A stretch of 64,000 bases of DNA from the human T2T-CHM13v2.0 reference genome, Homo sapiens: assembly GCF_009914755.1 (NCBI RefSeq), contig NC_060934.1; one strand, written 5' to 3'. Position numbers and translations under genes: made by a program. Every line of letters begins with the position of its first letter. The stretch's first letter is position 1. The notes below the pieces were generated by a model. It did not search any database. It worked only from the letters and a program-made list of their open reading frames with translations, and was not told where the DNA came from. Below are positions 23,851 through 37,268 of the stretch, piece after piece.

Positions 23851-26285
23851 AGTTTCTCTTGGGTGCAAAGCAGCCGTGAGGGTGTGGGGTTGTAAGTTCA
23901 CAGGATGTGGTGTGTCCCTGTGGCTCATGTCTTCAGCAGTCACTCATTAGTCACTGTGAGCCTGTCTTCTCATTTCTCCTGTATTACAAGGGCAGAGGAA
24001 ATGTCTGAAAGATCAGGCTCAGAACCACATGCCTGCCTCAGCTCGGGCAGGTGCTTTCACCCTAATGAGGACGGAACGTCAGGCTTGGCCTCTCCGTGAT
24101 GTCCTTAGCTTTGTTCTCAGAGAGCACAGATGTTTGCCACTGGCCCTCACAGGGTGTGTCAGAGCCCAGGTGAGCATGGTTTCGTGCCCCTGGGCTCCTG
24201 CGTGAGGCCGCGTCCTTCATTTGGGGGTCCTGTGTCCTCACAGCATGCAGCTGGGGAAGGAGTGGGCTGCGTATGAGGGGAGTCATGTTTAGTAATCTCT
24301 CGACTCTCATTTAAAACAAATGAAGTTCTCTATTTTGTTGCAGACTTGAAGATTAGTTACCAACAATATCTTATGAAGTTTTTCTTTCTGCTCCTAGATT
24401 TATTTTATTTAAAAAAAAAACTGGAGGTGAAAACGCTTTATCTGTAGAAATAACAAAATGTCATGCTGTCTCAGAGTGAGATGGGAGTCACCAAATGCTG
24501 CCACTCTTTTTTCTGAGTCACTGTTGATAAGCACGGTCGGCCTTAGTCAGGGCTCCCCTGGGCCGCGGGCCGTGGCCTCCTCCCTCAACACTTTTTCCCT
24601 TCCCAGTGGCAGAATGCAGTGGCAGGCTCCACAGAGATCCCCCTGGGGCGCACTGGGAGCTGGCACCTGTGGTCACGCCCGCGACGCGGTTGGAACCAGC
24701 ACAGGGGAAGGGCCCTGTTGCCACCTGGGGCCTCACATGGGCACTGCTTGTGCATTTCCCCTTTCTGTCTCGAGCAGAGTGTGTGCTCATGTGCGTCCCT
24801 TAGCGCGGGGTCTGTGTGACTGAAGTTTTAGGAATGTGTTCTGTTTTGTGCACGAGGGAGCTGGGTGCAGAAGACCAGGTTAATGATGTGTGCTTTGGTC
24901 GTTCACCTGATTGCGGAAATGATAAATTACCGGCCATCTGACTTGTTTGCAAATAAAAAGTGATGGAGGCATTTCCAATGGCAGCTTTGTGTTCCTGGCT
25001 TGTCAGCCTCTGCCCCGGCCTGAGTCATCCCGAGCCTTCCAGCCGGTGGCTCCGTCCGGGAGGTGGGACCCTGCTCAACAAACACGGGCTTTGTGATTGC
25101 ACAGTGCCTGCCGGGACGCGTTGTTCTTTCCAAATGTGTGAGAAGTGGTCTGCTCCCGCCCTGAGTTGGCTGTGTTTGCAAAGTGGGCCCGCTATCAGAA
25201 TTCAGCTCCCGAAATCAAGCTAAGTGACACGGTGTGGCCATTTATCACATTACCGGACTCCAATTGAAGTTGAGAGGTTGTTTTAATAGCATTTGTAAAT
25301 ACTCCATCTTCACTAGCCGCCCCTGTGAGAGGCACTGAGCCCCCATGGTACGCAGGGTTCGTTGCGCCCTGGTCGCCAGTTGGTGTGGAAGCCTGATGGT
25401 GGTGACTGGGAGCTTCAGTTGCCCATTAGCTCCCAGGCTGCCTTCAGAGACCAGGGTCCCACCAGTGCAGCCCCAGCCAGGGCCCAGGTTAGCCGGGGTC
25501 TGGATCTCCTGTGTGGCCCGCACCGGATCGACTTTTCGGTGCCCCAGGGGCTTGGCTTTGTCCAGTGGAGGCCGCTTCCCGGCTGTGCCGTGGCCTCCGG
25601 GGGCTGGAGGACTCCTGCCCATGTCTGCAGTCCTCGCAGAAGCATCACAGCTAATGGCTGCATTTCACTAATGCAGAATTAATGAGCACTCTTGACAGTC
25701 TTGTTTATCAATACGTAAAAAGTATTTTGTTTTTAGCAAGAGGCGAGGAGTCATTATTCTCAGATGTGACAGACATACTCTTGACAAGTACTGTGGTCAG
25801 AGACCTGGGCGAGCTGGGGACTTCCTGTCGGCAGGCCCCGGACACGCTCCTGGCCCAATGTCCTGGTGTCTGTGATAAATGGGTGCCCTGAACCGTATTG
25901 ATGGGACAGGGTAAACACCGAAAAAGTTGGGTCGAACTTTGACTTTAAATGTTCATTACAGCTAATTATGGATTTTCTGACTATGAATTGCAGTTTCTAT
26001 CCCTGCACTGGCAATTTATTTTTCACTTATTTATTGCAAACTTTATAATATTCTGTTAGCTTTAACATTCAATGAGGTAATGATTTAAATGTTTGCAGCG
26101 ACATTTATTATGTTTTTTCAGAGTGCTTTCTTTATCTGAAACAAATGAAGGGATATCTTCTATAAAGAAGGGCTGATGTTGGTGGAGGAGACATTAAGTT
26201 TCATCCATGGGGCATAGGCCTGCAGTTTTCTCTCTTAACTCTGTGCTGAAACTCTATTTTGCCAAAGAAAAGGATGAACACTGGC

Positions 26286-26593
<308 letters not shown>

Positions 26594-27934
26594 AACACTG
26601 GGTGTTTTTAAGACCTGCTGTAAAGGTGGCTCAGTTCCCCGGGTTCTGAGCAGGTTCACAGCAGATGCCTAGTGAGATAGCGGGTCAGTCGAGCAGTGTC
26701 CATGTCACAGCCGAGTGCATCATGGCCACACGCAGCCTTCTGGACCCAGCAGCAGCTCACCAGGGCATGTGGCCTGGGGCCAGGGACCACAGAGGGCCTG
26801 AGGACACAGCCCCATGTCAGGCACACAGGTTCTCCCACCTTCTGGCTTTCCCGTGGAGGCAGAGATGCTGCCTGCTGCACCCTAGACCCACCTGCGAGAG
26901 AAGAGGAAGTGCACTGCGTCCCCCTCGGGTATCCTTCATCTCCGTCCCCTAGACAGAAGGTCCCTGTCATCTAGCCTGGGGGCTCCCATCTGGGTGGTGG
27001 CCAGGATGCAGGGCTGGGAGGCCCATGGTTACCCTGCAGCTTTGGGTTCTCCCACCGAGGTCTGGCACTCATGAGTGTGCATGTGTGTGTGCACATGCAA
27101 GCGAGCACTCGCACCTGCCACCTGTGCTGGGTGGAGGCGGCACGTGTCCCTGCTCCTGCCTGTGGGTGTGTTCCCTTCCCCACCAGACGCAGCAGAGACA
27201 GGAGGCAGAGGCCACCATGGCGTCGGTGCACAGGACTCAGGCTTGCCAGCCGGCCTCTCTTTTTAGGAGTTTAAATGCACTCCTTGAAGTGTGTTCTGTC
27301 AGAGGGCAGCTGTGTCATCCCCAAGGTGAAACACTGTTTTCTGGTGAGGTGTCCATGTGGCCAGCGTCCCCGGGAGCAGGACCATCACCCCAGCCCACCA
27401 TGCACTGCACACGCCCTAGGAGCAGGAGCTGCACGGCCTCCAGGGAGCTTCCCATGTTGTGGAGTCGGCATCAAACCAGAGACGGCCTAACAGGCCCCAG
27501 AGAGCTGACCCAGGGGCCCAGGGGGCTGCAGACAGGGACCAGGCCAGAGTTACTGGCACGATTGGCCCTCAGCAGGCCCAGAACATAAGTCCCCTCACCA
27601 TGCACTGTGCCTGCCGCCCTGCGCCTCTGAGGGAGCAGCAGCCTCCTGACGCCCCAGTGTGGTGCACCTTCTTGCAGCCCTGCCCCCAGGACAGCCACCC
27701 CAGTGACCAGTCGTCAGGGAGGGAGCAGCAGTTCCCTGGGAACTGCAGAGCCTGAAGTGTGTGGGACGTTTAGCTTGGGCCATGGAATTAGGTGATGTTC
27801 AGGCATTGCCTTTGACTTTCTTAGAGAGACAATAGCTCTGCAGCCCCGTAGGGCAGCATCTCAGCAGGAGGTCCACACTGGGGCACTCAGAACTGCAGGG
27901 TTGTGGGGTCATGGTTCTGCCCAAAACAAAGCAA

Positions 27935-28445
27935 GAGTGCATGAGTGCGTGTGTGCAAGTGTGTGAGTGTGAGCAAGTGCGTGCGTGTGCATGAGTGTGT
28001 GTGCAAGTGAGTGTGAACAAGTGTGTGCGTGTGCATGAGTGCATGTGTGTGCAAGTGTGAACAAGTGCATTGTGTGCATGAATGTGTGCAAGTGTGTGAG
28101 CAAGTGCATGTGAGTGCACGAATGAGTTCGTGTGTGAGCAAGTGCGTGTGTGCACCAGTGTGAGTGCATGACTGAGTGTGCAAGTGTAAGTGTGCGTGAG
28201 TGCGTGTGTGCATGAGTTAGTGCATGAGTGTATGAGTGCAAGTGGGAGAGCAAGCACGTGAGTGTGCATGAGTGCATGTGTGCATGTTAGTGCCTGTGAG
28301 CAAATGCATGTTGTGTGTGCATGAGTGTATGTGTGCAAGTGTGTGTGAGTGCCTGTGAGTGCTTGTGCGTGAGTGCATATATGTGTTGTTTGCAAGCGTG
28401 TGGTGTGCATGTGTGTACATGAATGTGCAAGAGTGTACAAGTGAA
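27935..28445. repeat. (GTGTGCAT/GAGT)-type degenerate microsatellite
   Basis: ~500 bp of gtgtgcatgagt and gtgtgcaagt variants. Confidence 0.9.
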
Positions 28446-28946
28446 GCCTTGGAATGAGGTGATACTCAGGCGTTGCCCTTGTGTTGCCCACAGGCTCACA
28501 CAGACACAGTGAGGGATGCACCACGCCCTGTGCTTTCAGCTGAGGACAGGCCCTGTTCAGAATGCAGAGTTGGGGTTAGAGCCCCCAGTGGCTCAGAGTC
28601 TCTTCCCTGTGGAAGGCCCTGTGTGACCTGGTAACGGTTGGGCTCCCTGCAGGCAGCCCCTGCCCTCCGTCTGCAGCTGCGCCCGTGTGCCCTCCTCTCT
28701 GGCCCACCTGGCACCGCCGCTTCAAACTCTCCCCTGCTTTATCCCAGGACCTGCTACCCCCACAGGGCACACAGCTATCTCCTATGAGATAGGTTTGTTT
28801 GTTAAGTCAGGTTTATAACGATTAATGTATAGATGGTGAGATTCGCCCTCTTTGGGGTATAATTTAGTGAGTTTTGACAAAGGCAACCACTGCAAACCAG
28901 TGTAGAATATTCTGATCACCCCAGAGTTGCACCAGGCCCCGTGTTG

Positions 28947-29085
28947 GGGTTGCCAGATTTAGCAAAAGAAAAAAATACACAGAAATAATACACATGTCAG
29001 TACGAACACACTGCTGCATGTAGACACAGGTTCATCTGTAGAAAATACCACGTGAAACTTGCAGTTCAGATCAACAAGTAACTGT
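28947..29085. mobile_element. Possible MER53-like DNA transposon end
   Basis: gggttgccagatttagcaaaagaaaaaaatac...aacttgcagttcagatcaacaa resembles the MER53 terminus. Confidence 0.45.
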
Positions 29086-29295
29086 CTGTGTGGTATCCGT
29101 CGACCCAGCCCTGTGGCGTCCAGCCGCGTACTTTTGCCTTCTCTGGTATGAAGAGCAGGGATCCCTGTGCTCTGCAACCATCCGGCTAATTTGTAAGTGG
29201 GAGACACTGGCAGCTCCTGGGGCGATGGGGCAGGGTGGGGCCAGGCGCAGTGGAGCTGATGGTTGGAGGCCCCAGGACGAAGCCGAGCATCAGTG

Positions 29296-29538
29296 CTGGG
29301 AAGGGTCTGGTCCACTCAATGCCCGGCCGGTGGGACCTGCGCCCCTGCTGGAGCCAGCACCGGCTGCACGGCTCACCTGGGAAGGGTCTGGTCCACTCAA
29401 TGCCCAGCCCGCGGGACCTGCGCCCCTGCTGGAGCCAGCACCGGCTGCACGGCTCACCTGGGAAGGGTCTGGTCCACTCAATGCCTGGCCCGTGGGACTT
29501 GCGTCCCTGCTGGAGCCAGCAGCGGCTGCACGGCTCAC
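29296..29538. repeat. 81-bp minisatellite, 3 copies, ~200 bp upstream of the first INPP5A exon
   Basis: ctgggaagggtctggtccactcaatgcc...cggctgcacggctcac at 29296, 29377 and 29458. Confidence 0.95.
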
Positions 29539-29740
29539 CGCATGCCTGGAGCTTGGTGGAGTTTGGGTGTTTGCAGGTTACCTCTGCCTGACATCCTGTG
29601 CCTCAGTAACTGTGATTAAATTATAACTGGTGAAACTCTTGCTCTAGCTAGTTTAAAAGAGCTTCTTTTATTGTTAAAAATGATCTTTAGAAATATTCCC
29701 AGCACCAGTCTCTCATTTGATTTCTCTTTTTGCTCTACAG

Positions 29741-29804
29741 GCACTAGGAAGCTTTTATTTTCTTCATGAGTCCTTAAAAAACATCTACCAGTTTGACTTT
29801 AAAG
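29741..29804 (+). CDS. INPP5A: INPP5A internal coding exon (probably exon 5), 64 bp, ALGSFYFLHESLKNIYQFDFK+(A)
   Basis: Acceptor tttctctttttgctctacag|GCA and donor AAAG|gtaaga. The peptide matches the INPP5A sequence as I recall it. The phase-1 end joins the next exon (G+CT = Ala). Confidence 0.96.
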
Positions 29805-31124
29805 GTAAGACTGCGTGCCGTCTTCCGGGATTTTGTCTCGGCACTCACCCCTCCTGGTGTCTGGCTTCCCCAGACCTCTCCTGCCCTGTCTCTGTGAGTG
29901 GCCACTGTGGGCTGGGTGTCTTGAGCCACTGTCCAGAGGTCACTCCAGGGGCCTCCTGGACCTGGACTCGAGGCCCCTTGGCTGTCCCACACTGGCTCCC
30001 TGGCAAGGCTCTGGTGGGGACCTGGCTTTCCTAGAGTTGAGTTAAGAGGAAGGAATAGTTTGTATCTGTGTTCCCATCCAGTGTGAGAAAATGAAAAGCC
30101 GAATGAGAGGGTTGCATGTTTCAGAAATAAGAACGGGCAGGGACGGTCCTCCCTGCCGTGAACAGCATCCCCGTTTGATGGTCATGTGCTGTGTGTCTTC
30201 ACGGAAAAGACTTGCCCTGAGACGCTCCGCTGACACAAGCTGTCCCCTCCTGTTCATTTCTTTGTCGGGGGCAGGTGCGTGAGCTAGGCCGGGTGTGGGG
30301 CTTCCGTGCGTGCTCCACACGGCCTGGGGGTGTTTGTGCGATGACTTCCCGTCTGACGCTATCGTTTCCTGCCGTGTGTGAGTTCTCAGAACCCCACGCG
30401 GCCTCCGGAGCAGATGACATCCATGTGAAGTGCCCTGCACGTCGTAGTAACTGTGGAGCCACAAACGATGTCGTTTCGTTCGGATTCCGTGTTTGTGCTC
30501 CCTCGGGAGACGGAGCGGCTCCTGTGAAATTGCGCGGCAGTCTTATCTCAGTTGCTTGAGTGGTGATTTCATTGATGACGAGAGCAAGATTCTGGCCAGC
30601 AAAATGATTTGTCACTGCCCCGTTACCTGAAGACCTTCAGATCCTTCCAAATTATAGCATCCAAGCCCTTCTATGAGGCCCGTGGCAGGATCAGCCGCAC
30701 AGAATTGCAGGAGCCGGCCGGTGGCGCTCTCCGCTCCGTTTTGGAGACACGGCGTCTGCGTGCTGTGCGCTCAGGCACGGAGCGGCCGGCGAGAGTGGAG
30801 AGAGCGCGCCGACGCAGCGTGTGCTGCAGGAAGCTGGAGCCAAGGAGCTGGTGCGTCAGGCTGCGCCGTGCCGCGGATCTGCAGACCTTTTGTGTTTTTC
30901 AGTAGCCATTTGAATACCTGTTTTACTACTAAGTTAAATCAGTCATAAAGTGCCTGGTGAACCTACAGTGTATTTAAAACTATACATGAGATACACACTT
31001 CACTCTAGCAAAACTTTCCCCAGAGCCCTCCATGTGGCCAAACTAACAAGAACAACATGAGGAGTGGGCAGCGAGCATGTCCTGAGCACGTGGTGCGTCA
31101 GGAAGGCATGCAGACACAGGAGGC

Positions 31125-31325
31125 GTGTGGACGCGGGAGACGTGTGGACATGGGAGACGTGCGGTCGCGGGAGACGTGTGGTCGCGGGAGACGTGCGGTC
31201 GCGGGAGACGTGTGGTCGCGGGAGACGTGTGGTCGCGGGAGACATGCGGTCGCGGGAGACGTGTGGTCGCGGGGTGTGCGGTCGCGGGAGGCGTGCGGTC
31301 CTGGCAGGCGTGCGGTCCCGGGAGG
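31125..31325. repeat. 17-bp CpG-rich minisatellite (ggtcgcgggagacgtgy), ~9-11 copies, within a CpG-rich region (~30250-31460)
   Basis: Read directly from the sequence. Confidence 0.92.
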
Positions 31326-31469
31326 CATGCGGATGCTGACGATATTCTCAGTGCCCCACACGGCAGGTGTTGCTGCTGATGCTCAGCGCAGTCGGGGGGC
31401 CTCGGGCTGGGCGGTTGGGCTCGAGGGTCAGGCTCGGGGGTCAGGCTAGGGGCTCGAGGCTCTGAGAAG

Positions 31470-34400
31470 GACTCAAAAAGAAAACCTAGAAATCAGAAAC
31501 AGTACCAGAAATGAAGCAGTGGCTCATGTGCACACGCGGCTGAGGGAAGAATCAGCGAGCTGGAAGGTGTTAGAAACTTCACAAACTGAAAAGCAAGAAG
31601 AAATGAGAATAAATTTGAAAACAGAAGAAAATGGCCAAGACCTGTGAAACAGCGACAACAGGTGCAGCTTGTAAAGGGAACCCCAGTAGGAGTAGAAGGA
31701 AAGGAACAGAAGGAAGATTTAATGTAGTAATGGTTTAGAACTTTCCAAACTTGTAACTGACACCAAACCACAGATCCAGAAAGCTCAACGAATGCCAACA
31801 CCAAGCAGGATAAATGCCAGAAAGTCAACCCCAGGCCACCTTGTATTCAAACTGCAGAAAATCAAAGAAAAAAGAGAAGATCTTGAAAGAATCCAGGAGA
31901 TTCCTTATAGGCGAGGTGATTCCTTATCTGTAAAGGAACAAGGATAACAATTACATTGGACCTTTTCCCAGGAACCATGCAAGAAGGAAGAGAGTAGTGT
32001 GAAACATTTAAAGCATTATAAGAAGAAGAATATCATATTCAGAAAAAGATTATTCTTCAAAAGTGAAGGAAATTGACTTTGTCAGATAAGCAAAAATTGA
32101 AGTAATTTGTTGCCAGTAGACCTGCCTTGCAAGAAATGCTAAAAGAAGCTCTTCAACGGAAGGAAATATCATATAGCCCAGAAACTCTGGTTTACCTAAA
32201 GAAAGAAAAAGCATTAGAGAGGGAATAAGTGAAGGTAAAATGAAATATATTTTTCTTACCCTTAATTGGTCTAGCAGATAACTTTTGCTCAACGTAACAA
32301 CAGCAACCATGTATTGGTTAACTGCAGCTTATGGATAAGTGGAATGAATAACAGAAAAGTCATAAGGACAGGAGGGAGGAATTTGGGGTACTCTGTTATA
32401 AGAAACCTGTACTATCGTTTTAAGGAATATAGTATTATTTAAAAGTGGACATGGATTAGTTATACATTATATTGCAAACTATGGCAACCACTAAAAAGCT
32501 TTTTAAAAGAAGTATAATTGATGTGTTAAGAGAGGAGAGATAATGGAATCATATAAAATGCCCAGTAAAAGCCAGAGAAGGCAGATAAAGAATGGGAGAC
32601 CCCAAAGATACAAAGAACAAAGGCAACAAATAGAAAACTTACAAATATGGTAAATATTACTCCAACTATATCAACGATCCCTTTAAATGTGAATGGTCTA
32701 AATATACCAATTAAAGGACAGAGACTGTCAGAGTGGATTAAAAAAAATACCCAACTATATGTTGTCTTCTAGAAACCCATTTATATAAACACCTAAAGAT
32801 TAATAGATAAGGGATGGAGGAAGGTATAGTGTTCTAACATGAATCAAAGGAAAACTTAAATGGGCCAAAAGAAAGCTGGAGGAGCTATATTAATTTATAG
32901 CATCAAATACATATATTAGAAAAGCAGAAAGATCTGAAATCAATTATCTAAGCTTGTACCTTAGGAAACTAGAAGAAAAGTAAATTAAACCAAAAGCTGG
33001 TTGTTTGAAAAAAACAATAAAATGGATAAACCTCTAGCCAGACTAAGAAAAAAAATGACACAAATTATTCATATCAGAAATTATCAGAATAGGCAGAGCA
33101 GACTTCAGAGCTAGGAAAGTTTTCAGCAGTAAAGAGGGACATTACATCATGATGAAAAGATCAGATCTCCAAGAATACATAACAATCCTTAGTATCTAGC
33201 TGCCTAACAACAGAGTGTCAAATACACAAGGCAAACCAAGTAGAGCTGCCAAGAGAAACAGATGAACCCACTATCATAGTTAGAGACTTCAACACCCTGT
33301 ATCAGGAATGAACAGATCTGGCAAGCATAAAATCAGGAAAGACATAGTTTAACTCAACAGCACCATCAAACAAATTGATCTAATTGACACTTATAGGATA
33401 CCTCATCCAGTAACAGCAGAATCTACGTTTTTGTCAAGCTCGCCTGGAACATTCACTGAGACATCACATTCTGGGCCATAAAACACACCTTTACAAATTT
33501 AAAAGAACAGAAACCATATACAGCATGCTCATAGATTACAATGGAATTAAACCAGAAATCAGCACCAGAAAAGTAGCTGGAAAATCCCCAAATACTTGAA
33601 CATTAAACAACACATATCTAAATAACATATGAGTCAAAGAAGTCTCAAGAGAAATTTAAAAATATTTTGAACCAAATGAAAACGTAAATACAGCTTAACA
33701 TTCATGGGATATTAGCAAAAGTAATGTTTAGAGGTAAATTTATAGCATCAAATGCATATAAGAAAGAGCTAAAAAGAAAAAAGTGCTAAGAAGAAAGGAA
33801 GAAAGAGCTAAAATCAATTATCTAAGCTTCTACCTTAGGAAGCTAGGAGAAGAAAAGAAAATTCCAAAGTAAGCAGAAGAAAAGAAATAATGAAAATTGG
33901 AACAGAAAGCAACAGAATTGAAAACAGGAAATGAATAGAGAAAATTAGCAAAACCAAAAGCTGATTCTTTAAAGCGATCAATAAAATCGATAAACCTCTA
34001 GCCAGACTAAGAAAAAGAGAGAGAAGACACAGATTATTAATATCAGAAATTAGAGAGGGGCCATTACTGCCGATCCTGTGGACATTTAAAGGATAATAAA
34101 AGAATATCATTAATTTCTGCCTATAAATGTAATAACTTAGATGGGCCAATTCCTTGAAAGACACAATCTATGAAAACTCATAAAAGGAAAACTAGAGAAT
34201 CTGAACAGGTCTATAGCTATTAACAACACTGAATAAGTAATTAATAACCTGCTGAAAAAGAAAGCATCAGACCAAATGGTTTCACTGGTGAATTCTATCA
34301 AGCATTTAAGGAAGACGTTATACCAGTTCTCTACAATCTTTTCCAGAAAATATAAGCAGAGGACAAACGTCCTAAATCATTCTATGAGGCCAGCATTACC

Positions 34401-36010
34401 CTAATACTAAAACCAGATAAAGACATTACAAAGAAGGAAAACTATGAACTGTAAACAAAAATGCTCAACAAAATTCTCAAGAGTCAGTTATATACTATGA
34501 CCAACCGAGATTTACTCCTGGTATAGAGGCTGGTTCAGCATTTAAAAATCAATTAATGTAATCCATCACAGCAGCAGGCAAAAGAAGGAAAATCACATGA
34601 TCATAGGATAGATGCAGAAAAAGCATTTCCCAAAATCCACATCTCTTCATTGTTTGAAAAAAAACTCCCAGCAAACTAGGAATAGAGGGGAAGTTCCTCA
34701 ACCTGATAAAGAAGAGCTCCAAAAATCCTACAATGAATACCACACTTAATGAGAAATTAGATGCTTTTCCTATGAGATCAGGAACAAGGCAAGGATGCCT
34801 CCTCTCCTACTTCTCTTCAACATCTTACTGAAAATCTTAGATAATGTAATAAGACAAGAAAAGGAAATAAAAGCCATGTTGATGGGGTGATGGGAGATAG
34901 AACTATTTCTGTTCTCAGATGATATGATTATGTCAAGAATCTCAAAGAGTCAGCAACAATAACAGACAAACCTGGTACCAGTAAGCAATTATAGCAACAT
35001 TGCAGGATGCCTAGTTAAGATACAGAAATCAATTGCTTTCCTGTGTAGCAGCAATGAACAGGTGGAATTTTAAATTAAAAACATAATACCATTTGCTTAA
35101 GCACACACCAAAAGGAAGTACTTAGGAATAAATCTAACAAATTAATACAAGATCTCTGTGAGGAAAACTATAAAACTCTGATGAAATAAGGAAGATCTAG
35201 ATAAATGGAGAGAGATTTCATCTTCATGGATAGTTCTATGGTTGGAAAGTAGGTGCCCCCCACCCCCAAATTCATCTGCTGACCTCCTAACCCCTAAGGT
35301 GATGGTGTTAAGAGGCGGGGCCTTGGGAGGCTGATTAGAATGTGAGGTCAGAGCCCTCACGAATGGGATCGGAGCCCTCATGAAAGAGGCTGGGAGTTCA
35401 TTTGCCCCTTCCATGCATGAGGACACACACAAGGCACTATCTGTGAGGAACCTCATCTCCTAGCACCCTGATCTTGGACTTCCCATCCCTCCAAACTAGG
35501 AGAAAGACACTTACTTTGTTTACAAACCACCCAGTCTATTTTGCTATAGCTGCCCAGTGGACTAAGGCAGATGGGAAAACCCAATACTGTCAAGGGCTCA
35601 GCTCTTCCCAACTTCAGCTATAGATTCAACACAACCCCAGCAAGGTGTGTCATGCCATTGACAAACTGACTGTAAAGGTTATGTGGAAAGCAAAATACCC
35701 AGAATAGCCCAGAGTTTTGAAGAAGAAGAGCAGAGTCAGAGCCTGCACTTCCTGACTTCAAGACTTGCTGTTCTGCCTTGTGGGTGAATGGGCCAAGCAG
35801 ACTGTGGCATGTCAGCTCCACGGGGTGTTATTTGGTGATAAAAAGAAATGAGCTTTGAAGCTGCGAGAAGACACAGAGGAGGCTGACACACCTGCTACCA
35901 ATGAAAGAAGCCAACCTGAAAAGGCTACACACTGTGATTCCAACTCTGTGACACTCTGGAAAAGGCAGAACTGTGGAGACAGTGAAAGGATCCGTGGTGT
36001 CTAAGCTCCG
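31470..36010 (+). mobile_element. Long degenerate L1M element (ORF1 3' half, inter-ORF, ORF2 EN/RT remnants, partial 3' end), interrupted by an MLT1 LTR
   Basis: accacagatccagaaagctcaacgaatgcc; ctttaaatgtgaatggtctaaatataccaattaaaggacagagactg; ggtttcactggtgaattctatcaagcatttaaggaag; tcaggaacaaggcaaggatgcc; cagatgatatgatt (degenerate ADD motif). Confidence 0.92.
35234..35569 (+). mobile_element. MLT1A-like MaLR solo LTR
   Basis: ttctatggttggaaag...cccaaattcat...gagccctcacgaatgggat...gatcttggacttccc...ccacccagtcta...gactaaggca. Degenerate 5-bp TSD gatag/gatgg. Confidence 0.85.
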
Positions 36011-37164
36011 AGTTTAGGGAATGGCCTCTATTTCACGTTCTGTCCATGCTCCATAAGTCGCTGAAACATCTCATGCTGTCTCCTGTCCATGAGGCACCCA
36101 CATCCAGGACTGTGCGCCTAGGGCTGGGCCGGGTCACAGCACCCAGGGCCAGGTCAGACCACAGCACCCAGGGCCGGGCCACACCACAGCACCCAGGGCT
36201 GGGCCAGACCACAGCACTCTGTTTTTTCCTGAAACTCCTGCCCACCCCAGTGGTGACCCAGTACCTTGGCCCATGGTGCTGTGGTCCTCAGGTTGCCCCC
36301 TCTGTTCCTCCTGCCATAGTGGGGTGGATAATACCCCAGAAACTGCAGGTTGGAGCTGCTTGTGGGACACAACACACTGCTCCAAAGCGGTCTCCAGGAA
36401 CCTCGTTGACACCCAGGAGTGTCACCTCAGTGGCCCAGGAGCCATCCTGTGGCATCTTGCAAAGAGGCCAGCAGCCACCTGCCCACTGGACCCAGCAGGA
36501 GTTTGAGGAATGGATCCCTGCCATCCTTGATCACACCCCACCTTGGGTGTGGAGCTACCTGTCCATAAAAAGAAAGGCTGAGGCCTGGTTGTGAACAATA
36601 GTGAGACGGGCCCTGCCCATGGCGAGGCCTGTGTCCCTGGGCCTGGCCTATCCACTGGGGGGTCCAGGAAAGGTGCCAAGCAGCCACTGGCAAAGCCCAT
36701 CTGGGAGGCACCCTGCCGCGCGCTGCCTCTCTCACCATCACACATAAACCTCTTCCCTGGAATATGAGTGATGGAGGCTGGATACGGGGAGGAAATCGAT
36801 GTTATTAAATAAATTCATGTGAAGGTCTGAGTGAATGGTAATTCTACAGCCCTCTTAAATATATTCACGGGTTTAAAAGAGGATGCCAATTAGCTCCTGT
36901 AAATCTGCAGTCTGGGAGCTCTCAGGCGATAATGGAGTGGAGTGTCAGATTCCAGGTCATGGGAGGGGAATTTATGAGCCACAGGCATGGAGTAGCCGGC
37001 CCGCTGGGGGTCTGTTCTGGGTCGGACCCCTCATCAGGGCCTCCTCTCGGGGGGCCTCTCTGGCTCCCATCGGGCTGAAGTCGGGTGGAAACAGGTTGTG
37101 CTCCAGGCTGGTTGGATGGGGCACAGTGATGGGATAGTCACCTCGTCCTTCTGGTCTCTTCCAG

Positions 37165-37268
37165 CTAAGAAGTATAGAAAGGTCGCTGGCAAAGAGATCT
37201 ACTCGGATACCTTAGAGAGCACGCCCATGCTGGAGAAGGAGAAGTTTCCGCAGGACTACTTCCCCGAG
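37165..37268 (+). CDS. INPP5A: INPP5A internal coding exon (probably exon 6), 104 bp, (A)KKYRKVAGKEIYSDTLESTPMLEKEKFPQDYFPE
   Basis: Acceptor ctggtctcttccag|CT and donor GAG|gtacgt. In frame with both flanking exons; visible inside ORF 37098..37466. Confidence 0.97.

Noticed and set aside
29717-30034. ORFs 29717..30034 and 37098..37466 as standalone genes
   Set aside because: Only the central parts match INPP5A and they are bounded by GT-AG sites; the flanks are intron read-through.
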